Below are positions 38,615-52,800 of a stretch of DNA of 64,000 bases, one piece after another. Position numbers and translations under genes: made by a program. The stretch's first letter is position 1. Every line of letters starts with the position of its first letter. The stretch is taken from the NCBI GenBank assembly GCA_040357565.1, contig JBDODJ010000029.1; one strand, given 5' to 3'. This DNA is from Cercozoa sp. M6MM (Eukaryota > Protista > Endomyxa: Ascetosporea). The notes beneath the pieces were generated by a model. It was given only the letters and a program-made list of their open reading frames with translations. It did not search any database and had not been told where the DNA came from.

Positions 38615-39031
38615 TTTGTTAAAGGGAGGAACACAAAAGGACGTACATCTTGGGATCGTGAAAGGACCGGTGCTGCTGCTGCAGGTAGCACACCTGCCGC
38701 CACACGCACACATAGGGGAAATAAAAGGGGTAGGGGTTTAAGAGGTAAAGGGGTGGGTAAGAGGGTAAGAGGGTAAGAGGGTCAAGGAGGTCAAGGGGTA
38801 CAGGCAGGAACACGCGCAGCGCAGTGGTCGCCAGAGCCACCTCCTGTCTCGCACACATGCACATGCACACGTGACCACCCAGTCAGTCAGAGTGACCGGT
38901 AGGTCAGAGTGACCACTCACTCAGTCAGAGTGACCACAGTAAGGACAGAGGGGGGTACAGGGTCCACGCGGAGAAAGTTGACGGCCGTGTCGTTCTCGGT
39001 TCGCACCGAGAGCGAGTTGCGCCACTGACGA

Positions 39032-39062
<31 letters not shown>

Positions 39063-40215
39063 TGGTCATACCCATCAGTCAGCCACGGTGGTCAGGCAGA
39101 CACGTGGTCAGGTCGGACACGTGGTCAGGTCAGACACGTGGTCAGTCACTGCGACGGTGATACCTGGTGCAACGACAGGTCGCGCGGGTTGCCCATGCCA
39201 CTCGCCTGAGACACAAAGGCAGTTAGACCCCCCCATTTACCTCCTTAATTCCCTCAGTACCAAGGTGGACAAGGCAGTCGACGCATCCGTCGTGCTGCAG
39301 AAAATACGGAAAATCGCACTGGATAAAAAAAGCAGTTCACAAATCCAACTGACACGTTGACTCGTTCTTCGTCCTCCTCCGCATTGCTCTGCCATCGGGG
39401 GATAAGAGGGGGCAAAGAGAGTAGAAGAAGGCAAATGGAGTAGGAGGGGTCGAAGGGAGTAGGGGGATAAAGGGAGTAGAGAAGTAAAGGGGCAAGAGGG
39501 CGTATAGAGGGAAAAATGGCACACCCGTCTGCCGCGGTAGGCCGTTTTCATGGCGCGAATCTCGAAATCAATGCGATCGCCACCAAAGCCCTGGGGAGAG
39601 GTGTAAAGAGGAGGGTAAAAGAGGAGGTAAAGAGGGTGGGGGCAAATGGGGCCAAGCGTAGAATAGGGTGGGGGTAAAGCCAGTACCTCCAGCACAGAGC
39701 CGCCGTAGATGCCAACGCCAGCCTTTTTCTATCCGAGAATAACAAAGATAACAATCCAAGGGACTTATTTGCATTCATACACGTCCGCGCGGACGATTGA
39801 CGATGCCGCCATCAGCAGCAGAGACGCCGGCCGTCTCCTCCGGCTTGACGTGGGTCACCTTGCTCGCGTCGCTCAGCACGCGCGTCTCCGTCACCTGAAC
39901 AACACCGGGCTTTCCTTTTCTCATGAATCAATACACACACACACACACGCACGCACACACACACACACACACACAGTACATATGAGTACCGAGATACAAG
40001 GTAATAATATACACATATCTAAATGTATATACATACACACATACACACACACACATATATATATATACCTATCAATCATTTGTGATACATATATTATATG
40101 TATATGCATACGCATATATATACACACCGATATACACACACACACAGATATACACACACAGATATACACGCACACACAGATATACACACACACACAGATA
40201 TACACATATATATAT

Positions 40216-40248
<33 letters not shown>

Positions 40249-41648
40249 AATCAATCATCTGTGATACGAATCGTTCGTGCTCGCGGAAGTCTTCCAACTC
40301 GTGTACACGCAACTACGCAGCTCACAGACACATGACCCTTGATCTCCCTCTACCCCTACCCCTAGCCCCTCGGAAGGGTACCAGCACGGGATAGCGTGCG
40401 TCGTGTCCACTGACGCCAGTGACGCCGAAGCGACACAGCTTGGTGTACGGCAGTTCGTCGCTCTTGTGTCGCACGTAGACCACCATGCGATTGGCGTGAT
40501 CTGCATGCAGAAGAAAACTGTCTCTTGTGTGGGAAAAGGTAAAGGTTATCGGGTGCACGAACCTTGCTGCTCGACGTACTCGACGTCGACGTCGAACATG
40601 GCGAAGAAATGTCGCTCCGTGACGTTGCGGAGCAGAGGAACGACGGTGTGCGCCACCGATAAATCGAGACGTTTCTCCAGAATGAGCTGCATCTGCTCAG
40701 CCGCGCGTTTGCGCTGTCGCTTGTCCTGCGTCAGCAGTTGCGCCACCAGGGCTACCGTGTTCGACGTGCCGACACGTGCCTAATGCACACACTCTGGCTA
40801 CACTGGCTACACTGTGTACGGTAGGTCTGTACCTCCAGCATGGACGCAATGGCACGTGCAGTACGTCGCACAAACACGCGTCTTGTTGACTACACACACG
40901 TATTATGTCTATAAATATATATATATATATAGTAAGATTGTATGTATGTTGTATATAGTATAGGCCCTACGTAGAAGGAGGCAGGGTGCGACGACGGCCA
41001 CGACAGCGGCAGTTGCTGCCACTGAAGAGAGGTAAATGGTAGGGGGGTAGTAGGGCAAAGGGTGGGTGGGGGTAGACTAGAACAAGGACAGCGCACATGC
41101 AGCGGCGCCTCTGCCTCGGGCGTCAGGCGGAAACGAAACCGCGAGCTTTCGCACAGTGCCTACACACACACACACACACATTGGTACCCTTGTCACATGT
41201 CACAGGTCACAGGTCACATGTGGCCTGCAACCTGTGCGTGTGTACCTCGTTGAGGCCGGAGCAGGCGCGCACGTAGTAGCCGCACAGCACGGAAGCGACC
41301 ATGTCGACGCACCACCAGTCGCGCACGTTGCGCAGACGGACCTGCTGCTGCGCCCACGAGCGACAGAAGGCGTCCGCCACGGCCCGTCGCAGCGAAATTA
41401 CTGCGGAACACTCAGGGAACATTCTGGGAACCAGGGAGGACACGCAGAATACCGAGATCGAGACCAGCGTCGCCACTGTGCGTCCATCTGAGGTCACACA
41501 CACACACATGCACACACATGCACACATGCACACACATGCACACATGCACGCATGCATGAAAGCACGTCAAGTACGAGAGGGTACCCTTCATCCAGCACAA
41601 TGACCGAGGCAAAGGCACCTCCCTCTGCGTACACACACATGGTGTAGA

Positions 41649-41689
<41 letters not shown>

Positions 41690-41789
41690 NNNNNNNNNNN
41701 NNNNNNNNNNNNNNNNNNNNNNNNNNNNNNNNNNNNNNNNNNNNNNNNNNNNNNNNNNNNNNNNNNNNNNNNNNNNNNNNNNNNNNNNN

Positions 41790-41857
<68 letters not shown>

Positions 41858-42968
41858 GAGGCGAGGTGTACCGAGTGCATCGAGCGACTCGGAGAACCAC
41901 ACGTTGCCGCGCACCTGCCGACTGGGCAGAAAGACCACCTGCAGACACTCAAACGGGTACTCGACGTGCGCGCGCTCCTCTAGCGACGACGAAGTGCGAG
42001 TCAGTGCTGTCTCCAGGGAGAGTAAGGGAGAGAGAGAGTAGGAGAGGTAAAGAACGTACCTTCGTTGAGCACAGTGCGTACGGACTCGTATGCCAGCGAC
42101 TGCACACGGGAGTGATGTTCGGCATGCACACAGAGACAAGGACGAGCATACCAGTCGGTCGGTCGAATGCATGGCAATCTCCTTGGTCACTGGACTAGAC
42201 CGATCGCGTTTTGGCAGCCACACGCGCGTGCTACAACATGCGCATTGTACACATACACTGACACAGAGCACACTTGCGGAACAGTCAGTTCGTACGCCGG
42301 TGTGTGGAGTGTCATGTGACCGTGCGAAACCAGGTCACCACACGCCCAGAACACATGCGCTGGCGGTACCTATTGCACGGGGGGGGGGGGTTAAAGCGGT
42401 AGGGTAGGCAAAGAGTTAACATAGTACTTGGTGTTCTTCATCCAGAACGAACTGACAGATGCGCCTCGTGTCTGTGCAGACATTCACACAATGAAGACAC
42501 ACATGCTATATCTACAGGCCGGTTTGTGTAGGTGTGAGTGCGTGCAGTGGTACCTTGTATCTGCACAAAGACGCCGACGCCACTGCAGACGACTCTCCAC
42601 TGACATCGACATGGAAGCAAGAGTAACAAGAGGGAGCAAAGGGTCGACACGGGAAGATACGTGGGCAGGCAGGTCAAAGGTCAGCTCGAACGCACTCCGA
42701 TCGCACAGGTTGTCCACGCAGGGCAGCCACGAGCAGTCGGACAGACCGCCCAGACCGGCCACCGACAGCTGCACACACATGCATCGACATACATATATGT
42801 ATACATTCGTATATACATATAAATATATATATATATATATAAATATATATATACAGACAGAATGGAGGGACATACTATGCCGCCGGAGTACTGCAGTCCA
42901 GGCAGCGCGTTTCGCGGACTCTCCCAGGCCTCTGCCTCGCTGCCAAACAACAATCCTTCCACACCACA

Positions 42969-43048
<80 letters not shown>

Positions 43049-43972
43049 GGCACAGGCGAATTTACCCAGAGACCACACGTGCGCCAAATCGTTTGCCATC
43101 ATCGCATAGTCGGTAATGCACCTCGGCCTGGTGCACATTAAAGAAACATGTGTCACACTGCCAGTCAGTTTGACCCCCCAGGACCATACCAGAGCAACGG
43201 CGTTGGTTTGCAGCATGCCTTCCCACATGCCTGGCGGTAGGTGGATCTACGTCGACCGACAAAAGCTCGTTCTTTGAGGAGGACAGCAGTTCAACTCGAG
43301 AGAGCGTCTACCAGGAGATCACCGGCGTCCCAGACTTCGAGTCGCTCGTCGCACAGCACGTCAAAGTTGCGCAGATCGCGCACGTGCCGTTCGTTCACCT
43401 GCACACGCAGTCGGCGACACAGTGCACGGCACGTTCGTAGTTTCCACAGGAGCAAGAAAGTACGTGATTCCGTTGGAACAGTTTCGGTCTGCGACTGTGT
43501 TGCACTTCCTGAAAGCAGGCAAACCTCATGTCAGACACCGTTTCACTCATCGCAGCGGACTGCACCTGTCCGTTGACTGTGACCTTGGTGATTGATGCCG
43601 ATCGGTGATCCTGCACGGCACTCACATGGTCTGGATACACGAACACACACACACACACACACAGTGCACTTGATAGTTTGCAGACTTATACCGGGAAATT
43701 GAGCGCCAGATGGGCACAGTGCGGCAGAGCATCCGCAGAGACCTTTGAACGCAGAGAACTTACTCGGCGCATAACAAGTGAACATAGCACTTTCTGTGTA
43801 CCTGTATAGCCTCGAACTCAATCAACACTACAGCTAGCACCTCGACGGGCCCCGCTCCCGCATCCGCGCGGATCGACACCGAGTACCTATGCAATCAAAA
43901 ATCACCCACCGACAAATGCAATATTGGCCAACAGACGCACCTTAATGGCTTAAATGGTGTCTTTCCTCGCAT
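34539..43972 (-). CDS. TAF2: TFIID subunit 2 (aminopeptidase-like fold), many exons
   Basis: ITKVTVNG, SWLPCVDNLCDRSAFELTF, EYPFECLQVVFLP, VRDWWCVD..GLNE, MQLILEKRL, FLRVDP, FVRVRTSAALAL, DDFWRATL, PSQDHVVTCGALRAL, VRVAAFEAL occur in the TAF2 order. The 3' end assignment is less certain. Confidence 0.8.
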
Positions 43973-44310
43973 ACTACGCTATACGAGCACACTGGTGCTT
44001 AGTGTAAAGCCCAAACAGAGGGTTCTTTGACCGACATTTTTGGATTGGTGGCTATCGTATCAAAGGCGATCGTTGTTCAGTGCTACAGTAAGTCAATTGC
44101 GATCCCCCCCCCCACCTTTTTCCCAACAACAACCGAACTGCTCGTGCTGCCTCAGCATCTTGATTGTAGCGGGGTGTTGCGTCGTCAGGACTTGCTGATC
44201 GCTTCAGTCGGAATAAAATCTTAAAAAAGGCCAAGCGATTACGTGCGCGCACTAGTAGAAACCGGATCGCAAGTCGACGGTCGTCCCGAAAACCGGCGGG
44301 TTCACCAGGA

Positions 44311-46442
44311 TTAAGCACCAGTGCGGTTGCGCTTGCGGAAGGTGAGGGCACGGTCGGCGTACGGCTTGCGGCCGACGATACTGCGCAAAGGAAAGGTTAG
44401 TTGCAAAACTGAGACAGTTAAGGGACGAGTCTACCCGCCCATGGACTCCATCTCACGGCGCAGCGGAAGCAGCTCCGTCACCGTGGCGTGACGCATCAGA
44501 CCGCATCGGTCTCTCACGCGTACCTACAGGAGGTGCATTTGCCAGACCTGGGGGAGCATAGATAACAGAGGTAGGCAGGATACATGCGGGCCGTCGCGAG
44601 GGTTGCTCTTGGACAGATCGACGATAGCGACGTCATGCCGCATGGGCGACGTGGCTGGAATGCCCGGAATGCACTTACCACTGCCGGGACCCCACTTGGG
44701 CGCGTGCCACAGTGCCACCTGAGATACAGTCGAACACATACAGTAACATAGGTAACACTTGATCTTTAGAAGGCGCGGGGTACCAGGTCCTTGCGGCGAA
44801 GTGTGCTACGCGAAGCACGTCGCACGTCGAGCTTCTCCGAGTACCGGCGAAGGATGCCTACCAGCCAGGAAATGGAGAGTGGTCGGGTCAACTGGGGTGT
44901 CAACGAAGCACTCACCGTGCACGTCCGCGCGGTTGGGCTGCATGTGACTCTTGCCGGTCTCCCAGTCGTAGCCCTGCAGTGGGTACACCTTCTGCGGGTT
45001 GATGTCGTTGGCGCCGCGAGCGCGCTCCACCATGAACTGGATCGACAGGTCGAGTTCCACACCTATCGCAGGAGGTTAACACTCTTCTCAACCAGGACAG
45101 GACAGGACACACACACACACGCACAGAACGAGAGACAGAGACTAAAGACATACCTTGTCGCGTGAGGTTGTCGATCTCGTGACCATCCTCGATGATGGCC
45201 TCCACCTGTCCACACACAACACAGCATCTCCTATATCTCCCCACCCATAGGAAACCAACTGGTGCTGTCCATTGCTACCATGCGCTTCTGCAGACCAAAG
45301 GTGCGCGACAGTCGCTCGACCGACCAGTTGTTGGGCTCCCACTTGTACCTGCACAGGAGGAAGGTTGATGTAAACAAACTTAAGGGTGTACACCATATGA
45401 AACTCGGCTGTACATATGGTAGATGGCCATTTGCGTGCCAAACTTGAGCACCGGCATGCGCGTGTACATCCACCTGCAGACAAGGTAAAGTAGTAGTGGG
45501 AGGGGGGTAAAACAAGAGGTTACGTGTGTGTGCGTCGGTCAAAGACGACAGGAGCGCGCGGGTCCTTGTACAGCACGGCCTGCTTCTCGAAGGTGGCCGA
45601 CTCGGAGTCGTCTTTAAGGCGATGGCGCATATCGGTCACCTCCTCTTCAAGTGGCTTGCTTCGCGGATAGAACCGACGCCAAAAACGCTTGTTCTCCAAG
45701 TGCTTTCGCATGGCTTGGTCCGCCCTGCGCACACATATCGACATCGCGCATGGGTTGTAAGGCAGGGGGGTATGACTCACATTGTCTGGTGTTTTTGGGG
45801 AATCAACTCGTCCAGCTCCGCTTGCTCGCGCTCTTCGCTCAGTTTGGCCACTTGTTTTTGGAACTGAGCACACAAGGCGATGTACAACGGCACCATGCTG
45901 GACACACGAAAGGCAACATGATTGGTACCTCCGCCTGAGGCACAAAGGCCGCCGTAAACGCCCTGCCCGACGAAGTGTAGCTCTTCTGCTCCATGCTCGG
46001 CTTCTTCTCGACGTCGATTTCCTTCGACAGATCGTAACCCTCTGCACCATTAAAACAGACATACGCACGATTACGGAGTAAGCACAAGCACCGAGTACCG
46101 AGAATCGGCGGCATCAGCGTCTCTTTGGCACCAGTGACCTGCAGCTTGCCGATCTTGTCCGGTGTATACTTCTTCTTTGGCCTGTGACTGCCCTGGTAGC
46201 GCTCCCGCGCCGCCAGACCTCGTCGTCCTGCACAACACAATTCGATCACACAAACGGAACAACTTCGTAGTGAAAAACATCGCTAGAGCCAAACAAGTGT
46301 AAAATCGACTGCTTGGTAGTGCATGCCAAAAACACGGCGTGCTCATCCATGCGGGATCTAGCCGCAGGCTGCGATTCGAAGCGAGTGACTTACCGAGACC
46401 TGACAAAGCGCGCGTCACAGCGCGTGCATTAACCGCCGACAT
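44311..46442 (-). CDS. Mitochondrial ribosomal protein mS45 (Bot1p/yeast Mrps35)-like
   Basis: Mitochondrial-type leader MSAVNARAVTRALSGLGKSL. Motifs IYHMYKWEPNNWSVERLSRTFGLQKRMVEAII and VRVRDRCGLMRHAT..E. Confidence 0.7.
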
Positions 46443-46617
46443 CTCTCACGAGATACTGTCACACGCCGGTGAGTAGTGCTCTGGCGCGCGGTGTAGGTGC
46501 TGATCGACCTGCGGACTTAAGCAAAAACACTTAAGGTTGCGTTACAATTCTGCGGTACATACACTGCACTTGACACCGGCGTACAAACGTGAGTGTTTAA
46601 AATCAAGAACATATAAA

Positions 46618-47120
46618 ATGTCGTTTGCCGCGACTACTCAGCTGTAATTCCCATTGCAGGTCAATGTGGTCTTGTATTTTTGTGCGGTTTTATTCTCTGC
46701 GTGCTCGTGCAGGATTGGAGTGATCGGCGACAAGGACATTGTGGCAGGTCTGCTGCTAACCGGTATTGGGCAGCGTGACCGAAATGGCAACACCTCGTGG
46801 TTCACCGTGGTACTGTTGGCTACGACCGTCTGGCAGTCCTTTATCTAGCTATATATATAAACAGGAAAGCAGCACGACAGACGAGCAGTTGGAGCAAGCG
46901 TTCCGGCAACTCAGCTCGCGCTCAGATATTGGCATTCTGCTGGTGACGTTCCCTGTGGCCGATCGCATCAGACATCTGATCGACGCATTCGAGGTACATC
47001 TGTCATTGAGTGACCTGAGGGTTCTGTTGTGCATGTACCAAACGAGCAGGCTACAACGCCAGTGGTTCTCGAAATCCCCAGCAAGGACGCCAAGTACGAC
47101 CCGTAGGCTTTCACTGCGTG

Positions 47121-47171
<51 letters not shown>

Positions 47172-47235
47172 GCACGTCTGCTGCAGGAGCGCCGATCCCG
47201 TGTTCCAGCGCGTGCGTGCACTGCTCGGCAAGTGA
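46618..47235 (+). CDS. ATP6V1F: V-type H+-ATPase subunit F
   Basis: LIGVIGDKDIVAGLLLTGIG, AFRQLSSRSDIGILLV, PVVLEIPSKDAKYDP..DPVFQRV. Confidence 0.96.
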
Positions 47236-47816
47236 ATCTGGGCTGTTCCGCCCAGCGCTACCGTTTTCATTTGCCGACATGTGTGCGGTGCTAGGTGGGC
47301 TGCTCTGCTCAGTCTGCACTGGACTCCTGCGACCTGCCTACGGCAAACATCGAAATTTATCGTAGTTCGCGTGATGATGCGTTCCGTTCCATGAAGCTAA
47401 CATGATATACCTGCTAGTTTTGTACGTATACCCTTTGGGAAGTTGAACCACAAGTTTAAATTCACATGCTGGCCCGTCTGGAATCGGTAAATGCGTGATG
47501 GCGCAAATTGCGCTCATTCCGTCTTGAATTCGAAGCGCACTTCGCTTGTTTCATTTTAAGCCCACTGGCAGGTCTGTATTGTTCAACTTCCCAGAACCCA
47601 ATGGCCCGCGCCACCCGAAGCGGGGCGGTGGGCCACCCGCGCTTATACCCCAGGACTGGTACAGGGAAACTACATAGTTAGTTTCTTAGTAAACTGAACT
47701 AACTTCACAGAACCTAGCCGAACGAAGTTTCCGCGAAGAGCTTCAGTTTGACCCTAAATCGGAAGATCGGTTCGCGTCGGAACGTACGTAACTCGGAATA
47801 CCGCCTGAAGACCGGC

Positions 47817-49157
47817 CTAGACCGCAAGCGACTTGAGCCGTGACGCAATACCCGACGTCGCCGTCTCTGTCTGTGCAGAGAAATCATGCTACACGGGAAG
47901 GAGCGAAGGTAAGAAGGGACAGAGTTACTTTCTCAGGCAGTGCTGAACCGGCTTCGGGCACATGTCCTGGCATGGGTTCCAGCGCACTGTGCTCGCACTG
48001 ACCCTGGTACCTGTTCCATAGGGAGAATACTGAGGCAGAAACAACAGATACAAAGGCGAAGCAAGATATACATTGGCGACGGGTACTCGCAGAGTGTTGT
48101 CGGATCGTAGGCAGCCAGCGGGTTCTCCACTACATGGATTGATTCATACGGGGCAAGCAGCAGGTGCACGGACAGAGAAACAGGGTCACCAGCAGGCAGA
48201 GCCTCGGGGTTCGCAAAGCCGTCCATCGTTGGCGACGTCGACAACTCACTCTGCTGACACACGTGTACATACTCAAATACATACACCCACAGACATACAC
48301 CCACAGACATACACACACACTGACACAGATACAAGTACACATATCGACTAGTACAGATCCATGCGGCTGCTGGTGATGCTGCTGTCGCTGCTGCTGTCGA
48401 CGCGACAGTTTCTCGTTGCTGCTCAGGTCGAGCGACGGCATGATGCTCTGTAAACATACAACACAGATAAAGCATGTACACACCCTATGCACACCTTAAG
48501 CATACTTATACAGACACACACACAGGGCTGTGTTACGCGATTCATGCCGCCCACGGGTGTCTTCCGCGACAGCACGCAGTCGCGCATCATGACCGACGGC
48601 GACGGGTGCTGCACCGTCGGCAGGCCGCGATAGCCATCGCTACGAGTGTGGACAGGTAGGTGGGAAAAGTAAGCAGTGTGGTAAACAGGGCAAGTAGATA
48701 AGGGAGACGGGTAGGTAAGGATACTTAGGACTCGGCAGACCGCGGTGATTTAATGGCACCGACAGCTAGGTACGCATTCATGCCATAAAATAAACAGGGG
48801 GAGGGGTGTATGCATGTCCATGTGTCTGTACGGTACCGGGTGAGGATTGCTGTTTCCACTAATGCCACTGCTGCTGATGCTGGTGGGGCCACGCAGTGAA
48901 CGCATCGGCGAAAAGCCCGCGTCCGACGAAGTCGTGCTCGTGGGCCGTGACAGCGGCGGCCGTGAGTCTGACTGCTCGCACAGTGCATATGGCATGCACA
49001 CAGTCATCATAGCACCCTCCAAAAGAGCTGGTACTGGAACAGTGATCTGCAGTGGCGTCATCTTGTCGCCGCTACTCCGATTTAACACCTACTCCAGCAC
49101 ACCAAACACAATGCCTGGAAGCAATACTCGCCACACGGAAAGGTAGTGTACCTGCAT
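47817..49157 (-). CDS. Hypothetical Ser/Pro-rich low-complexity protein
   Basis: Consistent exon/intron alternation with (TG)-rich sense introns. Exons include SRPPLSRPTSTTSSDAGFSPMRSLRGP and SIMPSLDLSSNEKLSRRQQQ; last exon TETATSGIASRLKSLAV*. Confidence 0.55.
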
Positions 49158-49836
49158 GGGCGACCGCATCGGCGAACGGCGGGGCGAGAATTCGCGCGAC
49201 ATCGTGTCTGCCTATTGCTTCTTTCTGTACCGAAAAAGCAATACAGGTCGTGTGGCAAGCTTCGGAAAACCAAATTTGGGGAAGAAACCAAGGCGAAAAG
49301 ACCAAGGGCACCAAATGGTTTGGTGCAACTTAAGTTACGCGCACGTAATCAGCCCAAAGCACAATATCCAGCGCCTAACACCAGCTAGGGCACAAACACA
49401 CACCCACGCAGCTCATCTGAAAAAGCAATGAAAAAAAGACCGCTCTGATGGGGGCCGCAAGCGTGCAAAATAGGTTAAAGCGAGCGCACTCTGACACTTG
49501 TAGCACGGTCCAACGAGCAGAGAGGCAACAGACGAAAATGCAAAAAAGGGTCCCAGCTGAGTGATCTCCTCTGTCTTGTGATCCCGTATCAATCGAAAAC
49601 AATGAAGGCAACATCATCATCTTCTGCTGTCCAGTTGTACGTATCGGAGCCCATGTACATTGTGCTGACAGACCCCTAGAAGCATACAGACAGGTTCTCT
49701 GAGTGCTTGGGTGGTGCTGTTTACTTTCTAGGGCTGCGAGGGACAATCGTCCGGTTTTAGAACCAAGGCGCGGGTAAAATAGGGGCACTTTTTCAGTACC
49801 AAGTCCGACGCAGCCTGGGCGTGACATTGCTCGCCT

Positions 49837-52800
49837 ATGGGCAATCCCTACCGCACGCACCGTCGTTCGCGACAGACGCGTGGTCTGGATGACGACGAGT
49901 TCGCTCGATGGTACCCTGGAAACACCCTGAGTGATGCTAAAGGTGACATTAACGTTTTGATTTGCCAGGCGTACCCGCGGACGGAACCAGCCGCGCGGAA
50001 ACGGCGCCGAGGGAGATGAGCGTCGAATGACGGCAGCTGAGGAGAAACGCGCGTTTTTGGTGTCGAAACTCAAGCGCGACAACGCGCAGAACGACGCGTT
50101 CGGCTTTCGCGACTTTGCGACGCTCGGCGGCGCTGATGTCGACGGCGAAAGTACGCCGTTTGCCTCATTTCCCCCATCTGCCCTGAACCCCTTCGCTTTC
50201 TTCTCTTTTTACTCCTTGATTCCTGTTGTGTTCCCTTAAACCTTTCTGACTTTTACCCCTGCGCAGGCCATGAGCGCGAGGCCTTCTTGTACAACATGCA
50301 TGCGACGCATCTCATTGCGAGCGACGGCGACGAGAGTGCGCCTTTGCTTGTGCTTCGTTTTGCTCTCCTTTACTCCCTTCCTCTCTGTCCTTCTCTTTGT
50401 GCCTCACTTTATATGCCCTGCTAAACCTTTCCCCCTACCCGCCTACCACTGTCCCAGAGTGCACTGGCGATGTACTTCACCAACGACGACGGCGAAGTGT
50501 TCCGTGCCATTCGCGCCTTTCGTCCCTACCTGCTGCTGCGGTACGTTTGGACCACTGTCTTGACCGTTTAAGGAGACAACGTATCTTTGTTAAAGGTGCG
50601 TTGAATTTAATTTACTTCTTTTTTTGATAGGTGCGCGGAACCACTGATTCTGCAAGTGCGCTCGCTCGTCCAGGTTTGCTGTCTCTGATCTTTTTTTTTT
50701 AACCCCATACGCCCTACCTTCTTTACCCCTTTACCTCTTTATCTCTTTAATCGTTGCTCGTTTGGCCCCCTATTAAACAGAAGCAGCACGAGAAAGAGAT
50801 CGCCAGTGTCGAAATCATCGACCGACTCGACCTCGATCAGAAGGTGTGTGTGTGTGTGTGTGCATTGTATGTGTGTGTGTGTGCATTGTGTGTGCATACG
50901 TACCGTCCATTTGTACATGTATATCGTCCATCTGTACATGTTTATGTTTTGTGCGTACATGTGGACAGAACCACCTGAGTGGACTGCGACGTCGCTACCT
51001 CAAGATCAGCACGCTGAATCAGGAGCAGCTGTTGCGCGTGCGTCGCGCTCTGCTGCCGCTGGTGCGTTTTGTCCATCCCATCCACCTCTCCTCTTTCACC
51101 CGTGTCTTGTGTGTGTGTGTATGTGTGTATGTGTGTGTATGTGTGTGTGTGTTGTGCACAGATCGAGCGCAATCAGAAGGAGAAACGACATGAGGCGTTT
51201 GAGGTACTCAGCTTGGCCGCTGATTCACTTGGCCCCTTGCCTCTCTACTCCCGCCCCTTTACCTCTCTTACCCCCTTCCCAGGGCGAAGGAAGCGAGATC
51301 CGCAGCGCCGACGCCGCGCTGAGCACGCTCGCCGGCGACTTGACGCGCGCGCTGTTCGAATTGCGCGAGTACGACTACGACTACGTGGTACACATGGACC
51401 GTACGCATGGACTTACACATGGACCTTACACATGGGCCGTACACATGGACCGTGCTCATTGGCACATGCTCACCTTCTGTGTTTGTTGTGGTTGAACAGG
51501 TACGTGCGGCTATCGATCTCGACATTCGCGTCGGAAAGTGGTTCATTGTGCGACGCGACCCGGCGGATGAGCGGCAGGTAATTGGCCCCCTCTTACCCCC
51601 TCCTCCCTCTTACCCTCTCGTACCCCCCCCCCCCCGACAGGTACTGGTGTCGCCGCACCCGTCGAAGGAGATGCGACCGGACCTGCGAGTCATGGCCTTC
51701 GATATCGAAACCACCAAGCCACCTCTCAAATTTCCGGATGTAACCTCACTCCTCAGTTAACCCTTGGCCCTTGACCCCCCCCCCCGAGTAGCCGGAGAAG
51801 AACCGCATCATGATGCTGTCCTACATGACCGACGGCCAGGGATACCTACTGGTGAATCGAGAGGTACGTCCATATGTGTGTGTGTATGTGTCCATATATG
51901 TGTATGTGTCCATATGTGTGTCCATGTTTGTATATGTACCCTACACGTACAACAGGTGGTCAGCGAGGACATCAATGATTTTGACTACACACCTAAGCCT
52001 GAGGTAAAATTTCCCTGCCCTATCCCCCATTCCCATCCCCATTCCCCTATCCCCCATCCCCCATCCCCATCCCCCATCCCTCTAGTACCCGGGTGCCTTC
52101 ATCGTGCACAATCTGCCGACGGAGCGCGCGCTGCTGCAGCATTGGTTCGAACATATCCGCGAGGCGCCGCCGCTGGTAAATTGCGTTTTACCCCATCCCA
52201 CTCTTACCCCCCCCCCCACTCTTACCCCCCCCCCGTAGGTGTACGCGACGTACAATGGCGACTTTTTCGACTGGCCCTTCATCGAGCGTCGTGCCAAGGA
52301 ATACGTACCAACCCTTCTGACTGACTGAGTGACTGACTGAGTGCCTGACTGAGTGCCGGACTAAGTGACCATGTGGCTACCCTGAGTGACCACGTGAATG
52401 TGACCACCTGTAGGACATGGTGCTGCGCGAGGAGATTGGCGTCTGGTGCGAGAGTCGGCGCAGTGGCAACGCCAAGACCGGCAACCAGAAGGACGGCGAG
52501 TACATGGGCCGCTTCTCCGTGCACATCGACTGTCTCTGCTGGGTGCTTTACCTCCTACCCTCCTCCCTGATTGCCGCCTTGTTGACCCCCTTGCCCACTC
52601 CTTACTCCCTTACCCCCCTACCTCTCAGGTGAAGCGCGACAGCTACCTGCCGCAGGGCAGTCAGTCGCTCAAGGTGGTCACTGTAAAGAAACTTGGCTAC
52701 AATCCGGTACACCTTTTGTGCGGTCCATGTGTACCTGTATTTGTTAAGGGGGTGTTTTAATAGGTCGAACTCGATCCGGAACTCATGGTGCCCTACGCCT

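Noticed and set aside
47371-47450. Possible C/D snoRNA (GTGATGA C-box)
   Set aside because: No suitably placed CTGA D-box or terminal stem was found.
50330-50470. Apparent non-canonical intron in POLE
   Set aside because: Resolved with a downstream GTGCTT donor giving DESAPLL|SALAMYF in frame. All introns I examined fit GT-AG.
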